Shown piece by piece: positions 37,056 through 48,054 of a stretch of 64,000 nucleotides of DNA (positions within the stretch are counted from its first letter, which is position 1; each line of letters opens with the position of its first letter). The DNA is from Heterodontus francisci (taxonomy: Eukaryota). The stretch lies in assembly GCF_036365525.1 (NCBI RefSeq), contig NC_090404.1, positions 6,014,001-6,078,000 on the forward strand, given 5' to 3'. The position numbers and the translations under genes were made by a program. The notes under the pieces are model-generated. The model ran no database searches, was not told the DNA's origin, and saw only the letters and a list, made by a program, of their open reading frames with translations.

Positions 37056-39378
37056 CTGAACATCAACCCAGGCATCATCTCTCCCTGCTCCATTCCCTCT
37101 GAAACCATTTCCCTGAACTCATTGAATATCACCCCAGGAATCCTCTCTCCCTGCTTCATTCCCTATGAAACCATTTCCCTGAACTCATTGAATATCATCC
37201 CAGGGATCCTCTCTCCCTGCTTCATCCCCTATGAAACCATTTCCCTGAACTCACTGATAATCACCCCAGGCATCGTCTCTCCCTGCTCCATTCCCTATGA
37301 AACCATTTCCCTGAACTCACTGAACATCACCCCAGGCATCGTCTCTCCCTGCTCCATTCCCTCTGAAACCATTTCCCTGAAATCACTGAACATCACCCCA
37401 GGCATCCTCTCTCCCTGTTCCATTCCCTCTGAAACCATCTCCCTGAACTCACTGAATATCACCCCAGGGATCCTCTCTCTCTGCTTCATTCCCTATGATA
37501 CCATCTCCCTGAACTCACTGAACATTATCCCAGGGATCCTCTCTCCCTGCTTCATTCCCTATGAAACCATTTCCCTGAACTCACTGAACATCACCCCAAG
37601 CATCGTCTCTCCCTGCTCCATTCCCTATGAAACCATTTCCCTGAACTCACTGAACATCACCCCAAGCATCGTCTCTCCCTGCTCCATTCCCTATGATACC
37701 ATTTCCATGAACTCACTGAACATTACCCCAGGGATCCTCTCTCCCTGCTCCATTCCCTCTGAAACCATTTCCCTGAACTCACTGAACATTACCCCAGGGA
37801 TCCTCTCTCCCTGCTCCATTCCCTATGAAACCATTTCCCAGAACTCACTGAACATTACCCCAGGGATCCTCTCTCCCTGCTCCATTCCCTATGAAACCAT
37901 TTCCCTGAACTCACTGAACATTACCCCAGGGATCCTCTCTCCCTGCTCCATTCCCTCTGAAACCATTTCCCTGAACTCACTGAACATTACCCCAGGGATC
38001 CTCTCTCCCTGCTCCATTCCCTATGAAACCATTTCCCAGAACTCACTGAACATTACCCCAGGGATCCTCTCTCCCTGCTCCATTCCCTCTGAAACCATTT
38101 CCCTGAACTCACTGAACATTACCCCAGGGATCCTCTCTCCCTGCTCCATTCCCTATGAAACCATTTCCCAGAACTCACTGAACATTACCCCAGGCATCGT
38201 CTCTCCCTGCTGCATTCCCTCTGAAACCATCTCCCTGAACTCACTGAACATCACCACAGGCATCGTCTCTCCCTGCTCCATTCCCTATGATACCATCTCC
38301 CAGAACTCACTGAACATTACCCCAGGCATCGTCACTCCCTGCTCCATTCCCTCTGTAACCATTTCCCTGAACTCACTGAACATTGCCCCAGGCATCGTCA
38401 CTCCCTGCTCCATTCCCTCTGTAACCATTTCCCTGAACTCACTGAACATTACCCCAGGCATCGTCACTCCCTGCTCCATTCCCTCTGTAACCATCTCCCT
38501 GAACTCACTGAACATTGCCCCAGGCATCCTCTCTCCCTACTTCATTCCCTATGAAACCATTTCCCTGAACTCACTGAACATTGCCCCAGGGATCCTCTCT
38601 CCCTGCTCCATTCCCTATGAAACCATCTCCCTCAACTCACTGAATATCGCCCCAGGCATCGTCTCTCCCTGCTCCATTCCCTATGAAACCATTTCCCTGA
38701 ACTCACTGAACATTACCCCAGGCATCGTCTCTCCCTGCTTCATTCCCTATGAAACCATTTCCCTGAACTCACTGAACATTACCCCAGGCATCGTCTCTCC
38801 CTGCTTCATTCCCTATGAAACCATTTCCCTGAACTCACAGAACATTACCCCAGGCATCGTCTCTCCCTGCTTCATTCCCTATGAAACCATTTCCCTGAAC
38901 TCACAGAACATTACCCCAGGCATCGTCTCTCCCTGCTTCATTCCCTATGAAACCATTTCCCTGAACTCACAGAACATTACCCCAGGGATCCTCTCTCCCT
39001 GCTCCATTCCCAATGATACCATCTCCCTCAACTCACTGAATATCGCCCCAGGCATCGTCTCTCCCTGCTCCATTCCCTATGAAACCATTTCCCTGAACTC
39101 ACAGAACATTACCCCAGGGATCCTCTCTCCCTGCTCCATTCCCAATGATACCATCTCCCTGAACTCACTGAGCATCACCCCAAGGATCCTCTCTCCCTGC
39201 TTCATTCCCTATGAAACCATTTCCCAGAACTCACTGAACACTACCCCAGGGATCCTCTCTCCCTGCTCCATTCCCTATGAAACAATTTCCCTGAACTCAC
39301 AGAACATTACCCCAGGGATCCTCTCTCACTGCTCCATTCCCTCTGATACCATCTCCCTGAACTCAATAAACATCACAG
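37056..39378. repeat. 66-bp minisatellite, about 35 copies
   Basis: Unit ~CTGAACTCACTGAACATTACCCCAGGGATCCTCTCTCCCTGCTCCATTCCCTATGAAACCATTTCC. Confidence 0.97.
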
Positions 39379-39675
39379 GAGGAATATGCCAGTGACCAGC
39401 AGATCGTCCCTCCCTGTGACCCGAAAGTTTTGATCCACCTGTTTCAAGTCATCGATTTTATTTGATGCCTCCTGACCTGGGGGATATCCGCAGACGCTTT
39501 TAGAGTTAGAAATAGATATAGACTGATGTAATTAACTCAATGGATGTACATTGAAAAATAAATTAGGGGAAAAATAATATTTCAAGTAAAATAAAAAAGT
39601 ATATCAAATTATAGTAATATGATATCTTTGGTTAATAAAAAACCTGAATATATTTCCTCCGTTACATCCCTGTTG

Positions 39676-39802
39676 ATTCCTCAGACCACATCTGGAATGA
39701 AGATAATGAGAAAGCGAGTGGCAACATCTGGGCAACCGCTTCCACATTCATCATCCTGTTCTTCCTGAAAATTTCCTACAGTGCTGCCTCACTCTGGTGA
39801 AG
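39676..39802 (+). pseudogene. IGHM: TM1 exon copy B (acceptor AG->TG, 1-bp deletion)
   Basis: CTGTTG|ATTCC; DSSDHIWNEDNEKASGNIWATASTFIILFFLKISYSAA then frameshift to SLW*; 127 nt versus 128. Confidence 0.88.
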
Positions 39803-39931
39803 GTGAGAATATTCACACTTCAATCGGACTGAGGCCGTTTCACAAATGTCTGAAATTATCATTGATGAAAACCTGAACAAATTGCCCCTGAACATTAAAT
39901 CACTGCTTCATTCTTTATCCCTCTTTTACAG

Positions 39932-39940
39932 GCCAAATGA
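39932..39940 (+). CDS. IGHM: TM2 exon coding part (AK*)
   Basis: CTCTTTTACAG|GCC AAA TGA, 129 nt after the TM1-B donor. Confidence 0.8.
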   Translation, partial: AK

Positions 39941-40381
39941 TCGATTGGATTTCGGAAGCTGTGGATTTTTCTTTATCAATATTTCTGCATTAAGAATATA
40001 AAATATGTTGTTTTGGTAATTCTCAAAGTTAAATACCTTCAGTTAACCGATCCGAATCCACCGCTGAGACAAAAGGAAAACACAAATTCCAACATTCTGT
40101 TTGAAAAATGTATTCATGTGTGAGATAATCGTAGCTATAATGTTTCACAGTTGCTTGAATATTTCCGATGCATATAAGTAAAGTTTCTCATTGCTTATTT
40201 ATACTTATCCCATTCCCTTTATGGTGAGTCCTTGTTTTCTCTCTCTGGTCTGTTACAGTTGTCCAGAGAGATGGAAGCTCAGCCCGCTTGTATTCTGTTC
40301 TCAATGTGACGCTCAGTTGTTATATTCACTTGGTGTTAACTTTTAAAATTTTCCCTCGGGATTGCTCTCTGTCAAATTGTT

Positions 40382-40387
40382 AATAAA
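40382..40387 (+). terminator. Probable poly(A) signal of the membrane form
   Basis: First AATAAA seen after TM2, followed by T/GT-rich sequence. Confidence 0.6.
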
Positions 40388-41039
40388 TCTGGAATGGCAA
40401 ATGGGCAAACTTCCATTTTGTGGATTTTTTTTTCTCTCCAAGGCTACTCCTCACTGTTCCATTTTCCCGTTTGCAGTTCACTTTATTTCTCTGCCAGGTA
40501 TTTTTCACCTGCTTTGTTTGAGTAAATTATGAACACAAGTCCCTATTGGTCAATGAGCTAGGGCGCCATTCAATGATCCAACAAAGCAAAGACACCTCCC
40601 CCTTCATGAGTCAGAAGGTGCACAACGAGCAGGCGCACCTCCCAGTCTACTCTGATATTCTACATTGTAGCAGTCAGTATTAAAGAGCAGGGCTCTGATC
40701 CATCACAGCCTGATATAAGGCAGCACATTGCTGATTAAATTTCTATTTATACTGTATCATCAAATATTTACAAGGCAGGCACAGCACAGTTTAGGTGTCG
40801 GATGCAGACACAACTGGAAGCACAAAACCTGGGAGTGATCCCTGGAGACTCGAGCCTATGAGGCACAGAGACACGAACACACATAAAACCTTGGAATGAT
40901 TCATAGAATTTGTACCTGAATTCACGCAGCATTCGCAAAAAGATAGATGGTTTAAAGGTACAAATAGAGGTAAATGGGTACGATCTAATTTCCATGACGG
41001 AAACGTGGCTACAGGGTGACCAAGACAGGGAACTGAATT

Positions 41040-42375
41040 CATTTTTATTCATTCATGGGATGTGGGCATCGCTGGCTAGGACAGCATTTATTGCCCATCT
41101 CTAATTGCCCTTGAGAAAGTAGTGGTGAGCCGCCATCTTGCAGTGCTGCAGTCCATGTGGGGTAGGTACACCCACATTGCTGTTCGGAAGGCAGTATTCC
41201 AGGATTTTGACCCAGCGACAGTGAAGGAATGGCGATATATTTCCACGCCAGGATGGTGTGTGACTTGCAGGAGAACTTGCAGGTGGTAGTGTTCCCATGC
41301 ATCTGCTGCTCTTGGCCTTCTAGGTGCTAGTGGTCGTGGGTTTGGAAGGTGTTGTCCAAGGAGCCTTGGTGAGTTGCTGCAGTGCATCTTGTAGATGGTA
41401 CACACTGTTGTCACTGTGCATTGATGGTGGAGGCAGTGAATATTTAAGGTGATGGATGGGGTGCCAATCAAGTGGGTTGCTTTGTTTTGGATGGTGTCGA
41501 GCTTCTTGAATGTTGTTGGAACTGTACCCATCCAGGCAAGTGGAGAGTATTCCATCACACTCCTGACTTGTGCCTTGTAGATGATGGACAGGCATTGAAA
41601 AGTCAGGAGGTGAGTTACTCATCGCAGAATCCCAGCATCTGACCTGCTCGTGTAGCCATGGTATTTATATGGCTACTCCAGTTCAGTATCTGGTCAATGG
41701 TAATCCCCAGAATGTTGATCCTGGGGTATTCAGTGATCATAATGTCATTGGACGTCAAGGGAGGTTGTTAGATGCTCTCTCTTGATTGAGATAGTCATTG
41801 CCTAACACTTGTGTGGCGTGAATGTTCATTGCCACTTATCAGCTCAAGCCTGGATATTGTCCAGGTCTTGCTGCATTTATACACTGACTGCTTCAGCATC
41901 TGAGGAGTTGTGAATGGTGCTGAACATTGGGCAATCATCATCAAACATCCCCACTTCTGACCTTATGATTGAAGAAAGCTCATTGATGAATCAGCTGAAG
42001 ATGGTTGGACCTAGGACACTACCCTGACGAACTCCTGCAGTGATATCCTGGAGCTGAGATGCTTGACCTCCAACAACCACAGCCATCTTGTTTGCGCTAG
42101 GTATGACTCCAACCAGCGGAGAGTTTTCCCCCTGATTCCCATTGACCTCAGTTTTGCTAGGGCTCCTTGATGCCATACTCGGTCAAATGCTACCTTGATG
42201 TCAAGGGCAGTCACCCTCACCTCACCTCTTGAGTTCTGTGTTTGAACCGAGGCTGTAATGAGGTCAGGAACTGAGTAGCCCTGGAGGAACCCAAACTGAG
42301 CGTCACTGAGTAGGTTATTGCTAAAGCAATTGCCACTTGATAGCACTGTTGTAAACACTTTCCATCACTTTACTG
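41040..42375 (-). mobile_element. CR1/L2-group LINE 3' fragment nested in CR1 (possible TGAAT TSD)
   Basis: ALDIKVAFDRVWHQGALAKL; the host reading frame ELN|IQG is split by the insert. Confidence 0.85.
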
Positions 42376-44828
42376 ATGAATATTCAAGGATATTCGACAT
42401 TGAGGAAGGACATGTATAAAGGAAAAGGTGCTGGCGTTGCACTGATAATAAGGGCTGTCATCAGTACATGAAAAAGGGAGGGTTTCAGATCGGATGAACA
42501 AAATGTGGACTCTGTTTGGGTGGAGCTAAGAAACAGCAAGGGGCAACAAATGTTGATAGCAGTTGTTTATAGGCCACCAAACAATAGTGGTAGTTTGGTG
42601 CATGGTATTAATCAGGAGATTAGGGAAGCATGTAACATGGGTAGTACAGTAATCTGCATATGGACTGGGTAAATCGAATGAGTACTCATGCTCTGGAGGA
42701 CGAGTTCCTGGAGTGTGTTAGGGATGGTTTTCTGGAGCAATATGTTGAGGACACGACTGGAGAATACGCTATTTTAGATCTATATTATGTAATGAGAAAG
42801 GGTAAATAATAATCTTGTGCAAAAGAAGCTTTACGAATGAGTGACCCTAATATGATAGAATTTTACATTATGTTTGAAAGTGATGTAGTTCAATCTGAAG
42901 ACAGGATGTTAAATTTGAACAAAGGAAATTATGAAGGTATGAGGGACAAATTGGCTGAGTTGGATTGGGAAAATGCATTAGAATGTATGACAGCATATAG
43001 GCAATGGATAGTCTGTCAAGAATGATATAGTTTACAGAAAATATACATTCTTTCAAGGCAGAAAACCCCAAAACTAAAGGCAGTCAACCGTGGCTAACAA
43101 ACGAAGGTAAGGATTGTATAAGATTAAAAGAAAAGGTCTATAAAGTTGTCATAAATAGTAGTAAACTTGAGGATTGGGATGATTTTAAAATATAGCAAAT
43201 GAGGATGAAGAAACTGACAAAGAAAGGGAGAATAGAATATGAATGTAAACTAGCAAAGAACATAAAAACGGACTGCAAAATCTTCTATAGATACGTAAAA
43301 AGGAAACGTTTGGCTAAGACAAATGTGGGTCCATTACAGGTAGGGCCAGGAGAATTTGCAATGGGGAATAGAGAAATGGCAGTGAAGCTAAATGATTACT
43401 TTGTGTCCGTCTTCACTGAGGAAGATACAAGAAATCTCCCAGAATTAAAGATCCAAGGGACTAGGTAAAATGAGGAATTGAAGGAAATTAGTATCAGTAA
43501 GAAGGTTGTAATGGAGAAATTAACTGGGCTGAAGGTTGATAAGTCCCCTGAACCTGATATTCTACATTCCAGACTGTTGAAAGAGGTAGCTATGGAGATA
43601 GTGGATGTATTTCTGATCATCTTCCAAAAGTCTACAGATTCTAGAACTGTTCCTGCAGATTGTAAGGTAGAAAATGTCACTATTTATGAAGTGGATGATT
43701 GACCACTATTTAAGAAGGGTAGGAGAGAGGAAACAGGGAACTACAGACCTGTTAGATTTACATCAGTTGTAGGGAAAATGCTAGACTCTCTTCCAAAGGA
43801 TGTGATAAATGGACACTTGGATAATAATGATCTGGTTGGGCACAGTCAACATGGATTTATGAATGGGAAATCATGTTTGACGAACCTGTTGGAGTTTTTG
43901 GAGGATGTTACTAACAGAATTGATAAAGGGGAGTCGGTAGACGTAGTATAGATGTATTTTCAGAAGGCTTTCGAAAAAGTGCCCCACAGGAGATTGGTTA
44001 GCAAAAATTAAAGCACGTGGGATAGGAGATCGTATACTGGCATGGATTGATTAACAGGCAGAAAACAGAGAGTAGCAATAAACGGGCCATTCTCGCATTG
44101 GCATGCTGTGATGTGGGGAATAAATGTAATATTTCCAAGTTCACGGATGACACAAAACTAGGTGGGAATGTATGCTGTGAGGGAGATGCAAAGCGGCTTC
44201 AAAGGGATTTGGCCAGACTTAGTGAGTAGGCAAGCACATGGCAGATGGAATATAATGTGGAAAAATGTGAGGTTATCCACTTTGATAGGAGGAATAGATG
44301 TGCACAGTATTTCTTAAATTGTAAGAGATTAGAAAGTGTAAATGTACAAAGTGACCTGGATGTCCTCGTCAAAAGTCACTGAAAGCTAACATGCAGATAC
44401 AACAAACAATTAGGAAGGATAATGGCGTGTTAGCCTTTATCGCATGAGGATTTGAGTACAGGAGTAGTGAAGTCTTGCTTCAGTTGTACAGAACCTTGGT
44501 TAGACCTCACCTGGGGTACTGTGTGCAGCTTTGGACCCCTTACCTTAGGAAGGATATTATTGCCAAAATGAGAGTGCAAAGAATGTTCAGCAGATTTGTT
44601 TCTGGGATGGCAGGACTGGCCTATGAAGAGAGATTGGGGAAACTGGGCCTGTATTCTCTAGAGTTTCAAAGAATGATAGGGGATCTCATTGAAACTTACA
44701 AAATACTTAAATGGATAGACAGGGTAGATGTGGGTAAGATGTTTCTGCTGGTTTGTGGAGTCTAGAACCAGGGGACACAATTTCAAAATAAGGGGAAGCT
44801 ACCTAGGACCGAGATGAGGAGAAATGTC

Positions 44829-45040
44829 TTTAGATTTAGATTTAGATTTTTTAGATTTAGAGATACAGCACTGAAACAGGCCCTTCGGCCCACCGAGTCT
44901 GTGCCGACCATTAACCACCCGTTTATACTAATACTACATTCCTACCACATCCTCACCTGTCCCTATATTCCCCTACCACCTACCTATACTAGGGGCAATT
45001 TATAATGGCCAATTTACCTATCAACCTGCAAGTCTTTTGG
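44829..45040 (-). mobile_element. HE1-type SINE 3' fragment with (TTTAGA)n tail nested in CR1
   Basis: Near-identical to 24415-24575. Confidence 0.8.
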
Positions 45041-46199
45041 CTCAGAGGGTTGTGAATCTTTGGAATTCTCTACCCCCAGAGGGCTGTGGAAGCTGAGCCA
45101 TTGAGGATGTTTAAAGCAGAAATTAACAGATTTCTAAATACAAAAGACATAGAGGGATATGGGACAGTGTGGGGAAAAGGGCATTGAAGTGGATGATCGG
45201 CCATTCTGGTATTGAATGGCGGAGCAAGCTCTCTAGGCTGAATAGCCTACTCCTGGTCCTATGTTCCTTTGTCCTCGGTTCATATGTCGCCATATAAATA
45301 CAAATTGTTGATGTCGACATGAGGAAAAACAATTTTATGCAAAGAGCTGTTATGCCTGACAGGGCAGCGGAAGCAGGTTCAAAAGTAACATTCAAAAGTA
45401 CAGATAATTGGATAAATACTTGATGTGCAAAAATAATGTATCGAGCAGACGGTTTGTGTGTGCTCGTTCACATTGTTCCGATCAAGCAGATGTGAGTATC
45501 TTATCGCGGTGGACATTAGGACCCTGCGGCAGCCCATCCGGCGATGCTGTGAAGTCGATTAGACCATCGGCCATGTTTGTGTGTTGGGCTTTGCTCCTGA
45601 AGTCCCCTCTTGCCCTGAGCAGCTCTTCCCTTGTCTCCCTGTCAGTTTCCCGGAGACTTTGACCGCGGCCTGTTCACAGTTTTTATTTGATCAGAGTGGT
45701 TGCTGGCTCGGAGATAGTTTCTACCCAATGAACAGATTCCACAAGGTAGTGACTATGATCTTTCAAAGAAGCCACAAGCACAGAGTTCCCCCAAGATCCA
45801 TTAAGCTTCATCATGTTTCCATTATGCTGGAATGTTTTCTGTCACCATTAACAATTCTGAGCTCCCTGGCGATAGTTAATAGACCCCTCTCAGGCCTCTG
45901 ACTGTAGCCCAGCTCGGGGTGTTTCCATTCACTGACAGAAAGCTCACCACCGACTGGTCTCACAGCACCACTGAGGACAAGTAGAAATCATAGAGTCGTA
46001 GAGTCGTTTCCGGCAGAGAAGGAGCGTGCTCTGCCCATCGAGTCCATGCCAGCACTCCGTGGCGCAATCCAGTCAGTCCCACTCCCCCGCTCGATCCCCG
46101 TTGTGCTGCAAGTTTATTTCCTTCAAGTGTCCGTCCAATTTCCGTTTGACATCATTGCTTGCCTCCGCTTGCACCACCCTCATAGGCAGCGAATTCCGC

Positions 46200-48030
46200 C
46201 ACAAGTAGGGCTCCACTTGCTCCCACAGGAGGAGCTGCATGTAGAGGGGCCTCCCCCTCCCCTCCATCCTGAGGAATAGGGAACTCGTGCCCAGACTTCG
46301 CAGCCTTGATGTTGATGGTGGTAGGAGGAACCTGGGGACCCAGAACAGGAGACAGCTCCCCTCCAACATATGGGCCCTGCACCTCAGGGCCCTGTGTTAC
46401 CTCTGTGGAGGGGTGCCTTCTCCTCTTTTTCCCGCTAGGGCGCAGAGGCTCAGAGACCTCCATGTCATCAGAGGCCTCCGCCTCCGCACCCTCCTTTTTT
46501 TTAGTTACTCTAGGCCTGAGCCCAGCCCTGGGACAGGTGGATTCCCTGGGAGTGGACCTTGGGCTGAGCTCAGGCTCGGGTTGTGTCATGGTGTCCAGGG
46601 GACGAGTCTCTTGATGTTTACATTTCCTCCGCACCTTCCTTCCACTCGGATGGGCACTCACGGAACTGACTGAGCGGTGTCTGTAGGATGTGTGGGGGGA
46701 GTGGGAGGAGGTGCAGTGGCGCCACCCTGGGCCGCCGAGGTCGAGGTGGAGTTGGCGGCCAGGAGGTTGGGGCAGTTCTTATGAACATGCCCCACTGCCT
46801 TACAGACGTGGCACCGCGCCCCGTCCGATGTCCAGAAGACGTGGTAGGCCGTCCCCTGGAACTCTGCATCAAAATGGCCCTCCAAAACCTCCTCCGATGC
46901 CATCTTCATAAATAGCTGGTGATGGAAGGAGTAGACATGTCGGAGGCTGTGCTCCCGAAGACCGAGCGGGATTGGGGTGATCCCCGACCTTACCTCCCCC
47001 AGATGGTGCAGGTGAGGGAGGGGGAGCTCATTGGGAATGAAGGGCGGGACAGTTGATAATATTATCCGCTGTGCAGTGGCCTCCAGAGGGTCCACCGGCA
47101 GGGAAGTCCCACCCACAGTGAGCCTTTTATTCAAACCCAGGGACATGGCCCGTTCGGTCTTCAGGAAGAACACAGCCTTCCCGTACATTTTTGAGGCTGC
47201 CACAATGGCCGAGGGGCCGACAACCTCAGCCATTGCCTTTACACAGGCCTGTATAGACATATTGGGGTGGGGATAGCTCTTTACCCCACGGCTCGAAGCA
47301 ATTAATTTAAAAGGTGAGTGGGTCACACGGGCGGCCATAGAGGCTACAGCCGCATAGGTATGTGAGGGCCCCGCCGCCGGTGATGATAGGATTGCCAAGG
47401 ATTCAAGAGCCAAACCTACCCCCAAATTCCAGGAAAACAAACAAACATTTCCAAGAAAAGTAGATCTGGGGGGAGGCTGAGGGAATACAGGAAAGGGGAA
47501 AGACAGGCTGCAAGCGACAACTTTGATTTTTTTTCCTTAAAGTGTGGTACTCTGAACACTCTAACTACTCCTGGTCTTCTGGTCTTCTGCTTGTGGTTGT
47601 GGGAGGGGTCTTCACCTGGGTCAGCCGAAATCTACCCAGGCACTAGTTAGATCCTTCTGTCTCTATAGCCAGGCAGCTTCAGCTGACCCAGGCTGAGCAA
47701 TTCGGGTGGGGAGGGAGCTTCCTTGTGTCGTCAAATGCAATTGCACAGCTCCCTGCAGAATTGTACAGCGCCACCCCTTGTTATTCCGGCCTCTTCTATC
47801 TCCCACAACAGTCCAAATGAAATAGAAGTCTGGTGCTCGACGTCCACCTCGAAATACAAGCTTATTCCCAAGTCTTTCCTCCTCTGCAACAAAAGTTGTT
47901 CAAAGTTTTTGCAGTTCTCTCCTCAGCTCTCCCTCTCCAGCAGCACCTCAAGCAACTGACTGCAGCACTGTCCGCTGCACCTCGTTGAGACACTCAGCAC
48001 ACTGCAGTCCCAATCAGACAGCAGCCAACC
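46200..48030 (-). mobile_element. Tx1-like (L1 clade) element A: 5' UTR and ORF1 with CCHC knuckle, 3'-truncated
   Basis: GVKSYPHP...AEVVGPSAIVAASKMYGKAVFFL...VPPFIP...CHVCKAVGHVHKNC. Confidence 0.85.
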
Positions 48031-48054
48031 CCATTTTTTTGTTTGTTTTATTTT

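Larger units (their letters stand above)
40905..45285 (+). mobile_element. Near-complete decayed CR1 ORF2 (APE endonuclease plus RT) with nested insertions
   Basis: YLNSRSIRKK...SMTETWL (APE start), resumes IQGY..RKD..GAGVAL at ~42380; QKAF.KV and KFTDDTKLGG; CR1 3' tail. Confidence 0.88.

Noticed and set aside
37056-39378. CRISPR array or class-switch (S) region
   Set aside because: No unique spacers; C-rich on the sense strand, not AGCT-rich, and 3' of the C exons
37122-39395. 757-aa ORF
   Set aside because: It is the 66-bp minisatellite read in a stop-free frame; TTG start, no unique domain, intronic
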